Shown: piece by piece, positions 28,007-37,900 of the stretch | Position numbering within the stretch: position 1 is the first letter of the stretch | Layout of the letters: every line of letters begins with the position of its first letter | Virus record (IMG/VR): IMGVR_UViG_3300035193_000067 | Span: 64,001-128,000 of that record | DNA length: 64,000 nucleotides | Direction: 5' to 3' (one strand) | DNA from: a virus | Program-made: the position numbers and the translations under genes | Notes under the pieces: model-generated | Told to the model about the DNA's origin: nothing | Databases searched by the model: none | Seen by the model: the letters and a program-made list of their open reading frames with translations, nothing else

Positions 28007-29734
28007 CTAGCGCTGCCCCTTGTTGAGCGTAGCGAGTTTAACTGCACGCTGGCTCAACGAAGTGCTTCCGACAACTGAGCGGATACTGCCATCTTCTTTG
28101 GTGTTATTAAAGCTCGAAGCAGGAGCTTTTATTTGCATATTAAAATTTCCATCAACAGCTTCCTTACGAGCTGTTTTGGCTGTTTTTGATTTTGAAGAGG
28201 ATTTGGAAAAAGCAGAAGCTTCTACAGGACGTACATTTTGAATTTCAAGATCTTTTTCAATATCGTTACGGTAGTCACTGGATCTCTTCATGAGAGAAGA
28301 AGTACGATTGAGAAGCTGTTCAATAAACGCAGTATGACCTGCACTTGCAATCATCTCTGCCAACTCTGCAGCATCATCCTCATCCATGTCTGAAACTACT
28401 TCATCATCTGTTAGTACATCAAAAGCAGCAATTTTAAACTGGTGCTCATCGTGATTCAGAAGCATACGTGTAGCAGCAATCTTAAAGGATTGAATGAAGT
28501 CAGCTACGAATTTCGTGTTCAAGTCTCTGGCTTCTTTTGTAGCACGACTCTTATACAGCTCTTTAAGGTTAGCCTCTACTGTAGAGTAATCAACTTCAGC
28601 AGCGTCCTGAGTGCTCTCATGAGATGCAGGCATTGCCTCATCAGTTACATCCTCTGCACCATCAAGAACTGAAGAAGGTGTAGCGTCTACTGCTTCATCA
28701 GTGGTTAAATCAACACCCTCATCAACTCCACCTGATTTGTGATTCTCTTTGGAATCAAACTCAGCTTGTGCATCAACAGAATCTGTAGAAGGAGTTTTTA
28801 CTTCCTTAGTATCCGACTCAGCAGAATCAGTTACAGGAGCAGTCACTTCAGGGACTTCAGCATCAGCTGCTAAATCAACACCTTCATCAACTCCACCGAT
28901 AATAGAAGTACCACATTTCTGTGCCGCAGTTTTCAACCCATCAAAAGCGCACCAGGAAGCCACTTTATTAGCTTCACGAGCCAGAGCTTTATCATTACTG
29001 CGAACAGACTCAGAGGCAGTATGAAGGAATACAGGTTTACCTTCATAGGATACGAGGATGTTGCGATCTGCAGTAACTTTAACTCTAAGCTTGGATATAT
29101 CTATAGAACTCTTGATACCAAGAGATTCCGAAGAAGTGACGTCCTCTTCAGACTCATCTTCCTTCAGAGTCTCCAGATCCTCATCGGACTCTGTAGAAAT
29201 CTTCTTAGACCGTGCAATCAGGTCTTTTTTCTCCTCATCCATAGGCTTTTTAGGACCTTTACCAGGCATATCTTTTTTACCCTCAGGACCTTTTCCAGGA
29301 AGCTCTTTTTTATCTTCAAGACCTTTCCCTGGCATATCCTTTTTCATCTCAGGACCTTTTCCAGGTTTCACCTCTTCAGACTCTTCTTCCTCTTCAGACT
29401 CTTCAGACTCTTCAGACTTCTCAGGACCTTTAACAGGCTTCATCTCTTCAGATTTATCTTTAACAGAATCAGTATCAAGCTCCCCGCGATCCTTAAGAAA
29501 TGACAAAACAGCCTCAAACGCCTCATCGGCATTCTGAATGCCTTTCAGTTCGTTTAAAAGTTTGTCAAAACCTTCAGGAGCCTTGGAAGCTGTCCTGGCT
29601 GCGCTCAGCAACTCACGAGTCTCCTGCTCAATAATGCGTTGCTCTGCAGCAGTCAGAGTTACCGATCCTTTTGAATGAAGAGACTGTACTGTTTTCAATA
29701 GTTTCATCGTTTCTTTACCCATAAACAGCCTCAA
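28007..29734 (-). CDS. Capsid scaffolding protein
   Basis: Acidic, low-complexity, helical; between protease and capsid genes; probable start at ATG 29722. Confidence 0.65.
   Translation of the reverse strand: MRLFMGKETMKLLKTVQSLHSKGSVTLTAAEQRIIEQETRELLSAARTASKAPEGFDKLLNELKGIQNADEAFEAVLSFLKDRGELDTDSVKDKSEEMKPVKGPEKSEESEESEEEEESEEVKPGKGPEMKKDMPGKGLEDKKELPGKGPEGKKDMPGKGPKKPMDEEKKDLIARSKKISTESDEDLETLKEDESEEDVTSSESLGIKSSIDISKLRVKVTADRNILVSYEGKPVFLHTASESVRSNDKALAREANKVASWCAFDGLKTAAQKCGTSIIGGVDEGVDLAADAEVPEVTAPVTDSAESDTKEVKTPSTDSVDAQAEFDSKENHKSGGVDEGVDLTTDEAVDATPSSVLDGAEDVTDEAMPASHESTQDAAEVDYSTVEANLKELYKSRATKEARDLNTKFVADFIQSFKIAATRMLLNHDEHQFKIAAFDVLTDDEVVSDMDEDDAAELAEMIASAGHTAFIEQLLNRTSSLMKRSSDYRNDIEKDLEIQNVRPVEASAFSKSSSKSKTAKTARKEAVDGNFNMQIKAPASSFNNTKEDGSIRSVVGSTSLSQRAVKLATLNKGQR
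29240..29460 (-). repeat. Intragenic KK(D/E)(M/L)PGKGPE-type repeats and EES repeats in the scaffold
   Basis: Visible in the translation and as ggacctttt/gactcttca repeats in DNA; boundaries approximate. Confidence 0.7.
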
Positions 29735-30657
29735 ATTCCTGCAGATATGGCAAAGTTTATAGCCTTGGCCACAGATTCTGGAAGAATCCCTGCATTTTTG
29801 ATAGTGTATTTAATCAGCTCTTCCCTATCCTTATCTGTAAGAGATAAGGAAGAAGCAGCTTTTTGAATGCTTAGTAAGCCGTCCTGTATAACAGCCGTTT
29901 TATCTGCAGGATCTGCTACAGCAGACAGTTCCTGATAAACAGTACCAATGCAAAGCTCACCACCTAAACGGTAGGATCCATCAGGCATTTGGTATTCACG
30001 TTTTTGAAATTTATTGCGTACATGATCGCAGAACTGAAATGTGGTAGACGCTACATTTCCACAGACATTACACTGAGTTGCCTCAACATCTGCCCCCATG
30101 GAAAATGTACTAACACTGCCATTTTTGTACGCTGCAGCAAGCGCCTTATCTTTAGTAGTATCTACTGCAATCAATGTCTCGACAAAAACATCTTTTGCAG
30201 GATACGTACCGATGGTTTTGAACACTTCCTCCTGATCCTCAGGAGACGCATCATTATCAGCATTGATATGGGCATCCAGAAGGAAACCTCTGGAGACTTC
30301 TGGGTGTGCTGCATTATGTTCAACAAAATGTGGTTTATTGCGGTAGGTCTCATACGTGAGGCAACCCAACTCAGGACGGAATGCTTTTATTTCATCCCAG
30401 GTCCAACCATCCAGATTGGCATTTAAACGCCCTACAGAGTTGGCTCTGGCAGGTATAAGGAGGTAATCGGAAGGGTCTCTACTAATCCTGTAAGTATCAG
30501 CAACATGCTCAAGACGTTCTCCTAAAGAAAATGAGAGATCGCTTGACTGCTTGTTCATGAAATATGACTCAGCTTTGGATTTACTGGCAGACTTACGCCA
30601 TGAACCTGACGACAAGACTCCCATAAACTCTATTGATGCATATTTTCTAAAACTCAA
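29731..30657 (-). CDS. Prohead maturation protease
   Basis: FVEHN (His), FSMGADV (Ser), CNVCG..FCDH and ELSAVADPAD motifs; lies between portal and scaffold. Confidence 0.85.
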   Translation of the reverse strand: MSFRKYASIEFMGVLSSGSWRKSASKSKAESYFMNKQSSDLSFSLGERLEHVADTYRISRDPSDYLLIPARANSVGRLNANLDGWTWDEIKAFRPELGCLTYETYRNKPHFVEHNAAHPEVSRGFLLDAHINADNDASPEDQEEVFKTIGTYPAKDVFVETLIAVDTTKDKALAAAYKNGSVSTFSMGADVEATQCNVCGNVASTTFQFCDHVRNKFQKREYQMPDGSYRLGGELCIGTVYQELSAVADPADKTAVIQDGLLSIQKAASSLSLTDKDREELIKYTIKNAGILPESVAKAINFAISAGI

Positions 30658-30688
30658 AAGATTATTCCTTTACAAAAGGTACTATACC

Positions 30689-30715
30689 AGTATAAGTTAA
30701 ACAGGTGTCGGTATC
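30689..30715 (-). promoter_or_regulatory. Putative late promoter GATACCGACA-N11-TATACT
   Basis: Copy of the motif upstream of the protease-scaffold-capsid operon. Confidence 0.55.
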
Positions 30716-30745
30716 CTAAAGCTCTGCAAAAATCCCATAAATAAA

Positions 30746-31066
30746 TCAAAGAAGACTTTTAGAGAATTCTTCAAATTCAGCAATATCAACAAATTCACCG
30801 GATTCTGAAACAGACCAGTAACCTGATTTACAAAGAACCTCTAAGACCTTATCTGCGTATTCTGAAAAACTTTCAGTTATGTAGTACACAGATACTGACT
30901 CATCTGTGCTCTTCCGCAGCTGTGCAGATTTTATAGAGTCTGCACAGAAACCCAAAGCAGTATTCAAGTAAGACGATCTGCTTCTGGTCAGAAACAGAGA
31001 GCTGCTATAATCATGCAACACTGATCCCACAGGACCACTGCTGTCAGAGATCACAAAATACCTCAT
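30746..31066 (-). CDS. Hypothetical protein
   Basis: 106-aa ORF in the head operon, ATGA overlap with the upstream small ORF. Confidence 0.55.
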   Translation of the reverse strand: MRYFVISDSSGPVGSVLHDYSSSLFLTRSRSSYLNTALGFCADSIKSAQLRKSTDESVSVYYITESFSEYADKVLEVLCKSGYWSVSESGEFVDIAEFEEFSKSLL

Positions 31067-31185
31067 TTACTCTCCGAGGTGTCTTTTGATTCTTCCTTAA
31101 GGTCTTTTTCAGTCTTCTCATCAGAGTTTTTCAGATCCTTCAAAGGACCTATAACTTTTCCATCATTTTTTCCGTATTTTTTCAT
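31063..31185 (-). CDS. Small charged protein (40 aa, MKKYGKNDGK...)
   Basis: Fills the gap; its stop overlaps the next ATG (ATGA). Confidence 0.45.
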   Translation of the reverse strand: MKKYGKNDGKVIGPLKDLKNSDEKTEKDLKEESKDTSESK

Positions 31186-31187
31186 AA

Positions 31188-32159
31188 CTAAACACGCTCT
31201 CCTGATTCTATATCAAAATAGTATCCATTATTAAGAGTTACCTGCTTACCTTTATAATAAAGGATTTCATCCGAGGAATTACAGGTTACTGCCGCATCAC
31301 TATCACCTTTCACCCATTCTCTCAAAAAGTCTGCAGGAGACTTATTACTTACATATAAATTATGTACAAGCACATACTTTTCTGTAGCCATCAGCACGTA
31401 CTCAGAAGTGTTCAAATCGGAAAAATTAATAAAACGTACATCTTTCACAGGTACTTCAATGCTAGTAATCTCAGAGATAAGCTCTATAGGAATTCCCGTA
31501 TATTTAATTCCATTTTGCTCAAGATCAGATAATGTATTAAATACCAATGAAGATCTGTCGTAAATTAACGGAAGGAAATTATATGCACAGGAAAATTTAT
31601 CAGATCTTGCCAGAATCAACTCCCACACCTTCTCCAATAATACAGAGACATTATTCATACAGGCACACAACGGACAACTGCATAAAGACTCGATCCTCAA
31701 ATAAGGAATACGAAGATCTCTGTATGCAGAAAGCTGTGCCAGGTTAATAACGGCAGACTCTGAAAAAACCTCTTCAGCCAAGTACTTAATGAGGTAATTA
31801 TCTGCAGGAGTCAGAACAAGATCAGACAACCTTGCAGGACCTTCCATAATAGAGGATTTGTACTCAGTATAATTGAACAGATCATAACATCGTTTTTTGT
31901 ACTCCAGAAACAAACGTGATGCTTCACTTCGGGAGACTGGAGAGATCGTATTTACCGGAAAATCATCCATCATACAAAAGGAAGACTGATCTTCTGCGAA
32001 CAGATCCTTGAAATCAGATACACCTGTAAGCTGAAAAGAGCTGCCCTGTTTACTTGACATTCTTCTGTAAGTTTCAGCGTTTCCTTCTCCTACAAGAAAA
32101 GGATCAAAATCCAGCAACTCTTCGGTTATATCATCATATTGTTCAGAAACAGCTTGCAT
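31188..32159 (-). CDS. Hypothetical protein, possibly a MuF/gp7-like minor head protein
   Basis: Directly after the portal; CSCPLC Cys cluster. Family call is weak. Confidence 0.4.
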   Translation of the reverse strand: MQAVSEQYDDITEELLDFDPFLVGEGNAETYRRMSSKQGSSFQLTGVSDFKDLFAEDQSSFCMMDDFPVNTISPVSRSEASRLFLEYKKRCYDLFNYTEYKSSIMEGPARLSDLVLTPADNYLIKYLAEEVFSESAVINLAQLSAYRDLRIPYLRIESLCSCPLCACMNNVSVLLEKVWELILARSDKFSCAYNFLPLIYDRSSLVFNTLSDLEQNGIKYTGIPIELISEITSIEVPVKDVRFINFSDLNTSEYVLMATEKYVLVHNLYVSNKSPADFLREWVKGDSDAAVTCNSSDEILYYKGKQVTLNNGYYFDIESGERV

Positions 32160-32162
32160 AAA

Positions 32163-33929
32163 TTATCCTATCGAAGGCTCTGAAGGAGTCTCCACTGTGT
32201 CACTCAAAGTACCCCCTGAATCAGAGTTACCTGGAGGAGTTGATACTTCGGACTTACCACCGTTTGAAGGAGGGGTGGATCCTGGAGGTTTAGCGCCGGA
32301 TCCTGCACTGCCAGGTGGTTTGGATCCTCCTGCGCCCTGCTGATCCTCCTGAGCCATTTCAGCACTCATAGTAGGACCGAGAACCTTCTCACGGATACGC
32401 TTCTGCTCCAGAAACTCTGCAGCTCTTTTCTCTTCTTCCTCTTTCCAATTAAGTCCAACAGCGCTACCAACAGTCTGAAGAGATACTTTGAACCCTAGGT
32501 TATTGAGTTGTGAAATAGCTGTCAGAAGGTCTGTATCAACTGTGGAATCCAATCTATTCTTCCAACGGATCTTAGGCTCAATGGACAAACCCATCTCCCT
32601 GGCTTCCTGTCCAGTGCGTTTAATACGAATCCTATGGTCTACTTCAGCTCTTGTGGACTTCTGCCAATCATTGATGTCAATGATTGGTTTGAAGAATTTT
32701 GGATATAGCCAAACACTCTCAAAGAACTGTCGCATACTAAGCAGTTTTCTCAGCAGGACCTGAATACCACTCTTAACCGCTGCAAAGGATGTGTCTCCGG
32801 AAAGAATAGATTTCGATAAACCTAATCCTACCAGTTTAATCTGCTCTATGGTACTCCATTCTCGATTGATCGAGATAGCCTGATTAGTATTACCCCAGGT
32901 CTCAAAATTGACTGCATAGTTTGTAGCAATCCATGTCTGAGGATCTATCTCAGCCTGATTGACCATCTCCAGGATATTTCGCTGCATATCAGGACCTGGA
33001 ATAAAACCTGTCTGAGAGTCTCCCATTTTGATTACCTTCAGAGGAGCTGCATGACGCCTGTAGGTGGCGATAGTGGACGCATAGACTGCATCCTCCACCA
33101 TATTAATCCGCCACAATCTGGAAGCCAGTGAGGTGCCTCTGACATCATACGGATGTAGTTTTCTGGGTATGAAGGTACAATTCAAAGGGCTAAGACGTAT
33201 TTTCTGATTGGACAGAACCTTGGACACAAACTCAGCAGGCAATGATCTGCGAATCTCCATTGACTCAGGAGTATTGTCCATTAACAGCTCTTTTAGAGAA
33301 TCCGGAGGAAGAAAGTACAACAAAGAATCTGCATTTAGCATGTAAGGATCAATAACATCAATGTAATCAGGATCATGAAAAGTTACCTTGTCCCAGATCC
33401 CTTTTTGGTTATTGAAAGTACAGTGAGGTGCAGCTTCCCCAACACCCAGAAACTCTGTAACCATATCCTGAAAGGTTCTTTGCAGATTTACGGTCTGAGC
33501 CATGTCCTCTAATTGACGTTTAATTGAGGAGTCCTGATCATTGGAGATAGTGATATCAAAATCACTTACCATCATTGTAGCATACATATCCACAGCAGTA
33601 CCGAACACAGGATCCATCTTGTAGAAGAGTCTCCAATATTTGGTAGCTTCACAACGATCATCAGGGTACCAGGGTCTGTCAGGAGAATCAAATTCAGGAA
33701 GATAAGGTTTCTGGGTATGAAACATAGAGTTTCCACCTGATCCAAAAGAAGAGGATCCGCCCCAGTAATTTGCCGTTTTATTATTGTAATCCATAAGACT
33801 GTAGCCTTCCGGTAAAGCTGATTTGGCAACCTCCCGTCTGATGTAGTCAGGGCTTGTTGACTCGCTTGAATGAGATGATAATGAATTCATCCTCTTTGAT
33901 TTTAAGAATGAATCAGACAGTCGTGACAT
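32163..33929 (-). CDS. Portal protein
   Basis: WRLFYKMDPVFGTAVD, RGTSL, RHAAP..VIK and QFFE..WLY motifs, Pro/Gly-rich tail; start at ATG 33929 by TAATG coupling (track 33962). Confidence 0.85.
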   Translation of the reverse strand: MSRLSDSFLKSKRMNSLSSHSSESTSPDYIRREVAKSALPEGYSLMDYNNKTANYWGGSSSFGSGGNSMFHTQKPYLPEFDSPDRPWYPDDRCEATKYWRLFYKMDPVFGTAVDMYATMMVSDFDITISNDQDSSIKRQLEDMAQTVNLQRTFQDMVTEFLGVGEAAPHCTFNNQKGIWDKVTFHDPDYIDVIDPYMLNADSLLYFLPPDSLKELLMDNTPESMEIRRSLPAEFVSKVLSNQKIRLSPLNCTFIPRKLHPYDVRGTSLASRLWRINMVEDAVYASTIATYRRHAAPLKVIKMGDSQTGFIPGPDMQRNILEMVNQAEIDPQTWIATNYAVNFETWGNTNQAISINREWSTIEQIKLVGLGLSKSILSGDTSFAAVKSGIQVLLRKLLSMRQFFESVWLYPKFFKPIIDINDWQKSTRAEVDHRIRIKRTGQEAREMGLSIEPKIRWKNRLDSTVDTDLLTAISQLNNLGFKVSLQTVGSAVGLNWKEEEEKRAAEFLEQKRIREKVLGPTMSAEMAQEDQQGAGGSKPPGSAGSGAKPPGSTPPSNGGKSEVSTPPGNSDSGGTLSDTVETPSEPSIG

Positions 33930-34462
33930 TACATATCCACCAAAACAGAAAGAACCTGCCATTGATAATTAGACAGCTTAAGATTATCGTAATTAATGTC
34001 CTTAATAGATATTTTCTCAAAGTCATAATCTGAATATCCTGAAATAGTATTTCTGTAATGCTCTTCTACAGACTTGAGATATTTTATAAAATCTGCATAT
34101 TCAGAATTTTCAGAGAAATCATTCTTTATTTTTAAAACTTCACCCTCATGCCCTGGTATAATCTTACCCAAACCTGTAGGATCTTTAACCAGATTTCCTT
34201 CAACATCCTTTTCAAGGTGATCGTCTTTAACAAGATCTATCAAAGATGACATGGATTTCTGATGCTCTTCAGAACTTTGAAGCTCCAACAACTCTTTTTC
34301 CACAGAAAGTATTTCCTGATAAGCTTCTCTCAAATTGAAGAGATTTTTAGACATGACAGTATTTGCTTCATACGTATACTGTACAGACTGTGTCAGCATA
34401 TCTGTAAAAAATAATTTTACTAAAGCTATAATATCGCTGTTTTTTATTTTCATTGAAAGCAC
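33929..34462 (-). CDS. Hypothetical protein
   Basis: 177-aa ORF coupled to the portal gene. Confidence 0.55.
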   Translation of the reverse strand: MLSMKIKNSDIIALVKLFFTDMLTQSVQYTYEANTVMSKNLFNLREAYQEILSVEKELLELQSSEEHQKSMSSLIDLVKDDHLEKDVEGNLVKDPTGLGKIIPGHEGEVLKIKNDFSENSEYADFIKYLKSVEEHYRNTISGYSDYDFEKISIKDINYDNLKLSNYQWQVLSVLVDM

Positions 34463-34517
34463 CTCTCAACGCTACTTACTTTATTAAAAAAAGATGAATA
34501 ACTTATAGCGCAGATAA

Positions 34518-34934
34518 TTATACAGGAGATGTTAGTGTAAGATCATCTCTTTCAGGTATAAGATAATAACCTGGTCCAGGACCAACAGAAAAAACATATG
34601 TAACAGGGCTATCAGTAGTACCATTCAATATCCAAAATTGCGTACCATTATAAGACACGTATGCAACATATGATGCATTATAGTACACGATTACTTTAAA
34701 TTGAGCACGCGAAAGTCCTTCGATATTTGTTTTACTTAAAGTAACATCTGATGTTCTATCTCCACTAACTTCTATAAAATTGTTTTCATCTGATGGTTCG
34801 ATATCATCAGATACAAGAGTAAATCTCGACGTAGCTCGATGACCATGTACAGTTGATGCTATAGGTGATCCATCAACAAGTGATTCATAATTCGACTTAT
34901 CATCTGTATCAATTATTAATTTTTCATATGACAT
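34518..34934 (-). CDS. Hypothetical beta-rich protein, possible fibre accessory
   Basis: Directly after the 1639-aa fibre gene; GAGG RBS. Confidence 0.5.
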   Translation of the reverse strand: MSYEKLIIDTDDKSNYESLVDGSPIASTVHGHRATSRFTLVSDDIEPSDENNFIEVSGDRTSDVTLSKTNIEGLSRAQFKVIVYYNASYVAYVSYNGTQFWILNGTTDSPVTYVFSVGPGPGYYLIPERDDLTLTSPV

Positions 34935-34944
34935 ACTTACCTCG

Positions 34945-37900
34945 CTATATAGGTGTAGGCTCTTTTAATAGTACTGGGCCCCTAGAACGCACATGGTAAT
35001 GTACAATAACATCACTTGCACGGCTTGTGGTATCCCATGTAACCCTGATCGTTAAAGTACCTGGAGTCCCTGTTGTTATTTGTTCAATTGAATCCAACCA
35101 ATCTATTGAAGTAGGCTGTAATGTATTTTCAGTATTAGCTGTTTTCATATTTGGATAATCTGCAGCATCAATGTGCTGCGAGATTGCAACCAGTACAGAC
35201 GTCGTATTTCTGACTTGTAAAACAACATCAGTTATTAAAGATGCAACTTCTTCCGCCCCAGAAACGTCCTGAAGAACATTAGGTATTTTTATATCATATG
35301 TACCTGATGCAGTTCCACTGGGGACTGTAAACTGGTCAGATCTTTTGAGATCGATGTAATCATTGTACCTGTCGGATATGAGCTGTTTTGATGCTCTACA
35401 CCAATCTAAATAAGAATAATGCCCTCCATCATAAATAAAATCAGACGAGTTGATGTTCGATCCATCGATATGGTTAGGTGCGTTTAATGTGAGTGATGGT
35501 AATTGGTAGACGACTATTTTATCACTCGCATTATCCAGGGAATATAATTTTCCTTCGTAAATATCAGTATAATTTCCCTGGAATGAAAAAGTGTTATTAT
35601 ACAGTTCATTTGTCAGATCATCTGGGTCTAAATATAATATTTTTTTAGAAGAGTAATCGCCAAGTGCAACACATAGTGTATTAAAAAACGGTGAGACAGA
35701 TGAGGAAGTTAGTGATGACACTACAACGCTGTATGCATTTGAGCTATCGTCAATCGCTCCTGTAGATGTATTAATATTTCTGACATAGACATCTGCAGTA
35801 GAAGTGTTATCTCCATCCAACACAAATAATTTCTCACCCACAAAACACAGTGCATACGCCCGATTACTGATCCCTATTGGTCCAGCGATATTTGATAGTA
35901 CATTAGTATCCATATTGTATTGAAAATAAGTTTTTGCCCCGTCGACAATATGTAATATACCATCCTTCTCTACAATTCCACCATAGCCTGCAACCAAAGC
36001 GGCTTGATATTTGGTTGTTGTTATGTTCAACAGAGGATTGTAAATACGTACGTTGACACCTGTAAAATAATATAATTTGTCATCAGGAGCTATAAACCCC
36101 CTAGTGTAGGGAAGCAGTTCTGTTGCATCTAATATTTTTTCTCCAGTAATCCTATTATATACCCTGTTTTCAGACGCTATAGTACTTGTGACTATCACAT
36201 GTTTTTCACCAATCATTATTGACTGATAATTAGCAGGAGTATCAATATTAAACTCCGATTCAGCAGTCAGACCCCTAAACTCGACCCCCGCATAGTCAGT
36301 ACTTCCAGTGGTCACACCGTTCGAAATTTTAAATTTCTGCGCCGTAGACGTGATCGATCCCTGCATGTTTCCAGGATTAACTTCATCCCCGCCTAAATAC
36401 TCGTGATTAGGTGCATGAGGACCAACTGCCAGAGGATCTGTGGAGGTACCTGTACCTGTCAAAGTTGAATCAGTTGATACAGTGCTTAAAAAACTTCCTG
36501 CAACAGATCCTACAGTTATTGTACGAGATCCTTCAAGCCTTAATGATTCTTCTACTGTCCAATCCCCTCCAGTCCTGTTAATAATAAATCTCTGTATAGG
36601 CACAAACTCAGCAACGAGTGAAGAAAACTCTCCAAGATTCAACTCCTGAGGATAATATTGTTGAGCCAAACTCAAAGAATCGAAGTAGTCCTGACCAGGA
36701 ATGTAAATGAATCTTGCCAATTGTGAAGCAGCATCTTTGGTAACAGGAAGAGCATAAAGGAAAACAACACCATACTTTGCAGTAGGAATATCTGTAAGCT
36801 GCCACGCACCTCCAGTATACTGATTATATCTTGGAGCACCTGCATTTAAAGGAACTATGTCAGTAGAACCTGTAACCAGGTTAGTTAGAGCACCTGCACC
36901 TGTCAAATACACTTGAGAGTAATTGTTTTGAGTATTGTGAACAAGCAGCCTGGATTTCCTATCCTCATCTGCAACAACACACTCAGAAACAATAGGACGC
37001 CTTTCAGAAGCTGTCGTACTGCTTAATACAATACCTGAAACATCACCACCTGAGTATCTGTAAGTACCATGCAGATTATGCATTTCCTCATGAGATGCAG
37101 TGCTCATCCCACAACCGTGCATCTCTTCCAATCCAAAAAGGAATGTACCAGCACTGTTATAAACTACTGCACAGATCTGAACAGTATTAAAAGACCACGG
37201 CAAAGAACTCCAGGTAAAACTGCCGTCATAATACAAGTACTGGGTAGTTGTAGGAGCAGCAGTATAAGAACTGGAAACCCAACCATTGGCTACTCCGATG
37301 TCATCACCATTGTAAAGAGCTGATATATCAACTCCAGACAACGTTACTGTCCGTGCAGTAGTGTCTACTGCAGCCTGCTGATTATCCGGATCAGAAGTGT
37401 ATTGAAAACCTATAGGCTCCCCTGTTGCAGTAACATACCGAGACATTCTGGCGGCTGCAATTTCACCAGCTGCATCTACATGATAAAATTCATCAGTTGT
37501 AGAGCTACCACCTTGAAGACCTGAAAGACCATTGTGTACAGGGATTCCTGAAGACGAAACAGGTGCACCAAAAGCTGATTGAACAATTAATGACGTTCCG
37601 GATTTTGCAACAATAACTTTCCCAACTCGAATAGAAAAATCCACAAGGTTGTCAGGTATATCTGAAGGAGGTAATGCATTTTGCGCTTCTTCAAGCGTAT
37701 AAGAATTTAACCCGTAAACTACATATAAATTGGAACCGCTGAAATCAAGATATACCCAGTGTACTCCGTATTTATTGTTTGCCAGAGTCTGTAAAGATCC
37801 TGATCCATCATCGTATTGAAGATTATCAATAGCTGTCTGGGATGATACTACAGTATGACCACCAATACCATCACGGTAGATATAATCAAAAGTATCTGCA

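Noticed and set aside
28020-29537. Several plus-strand ORFs with Ser- or Phe/Arg-rich repeats
   Set aside because: Antisense to the low-complexity scaffold gene.
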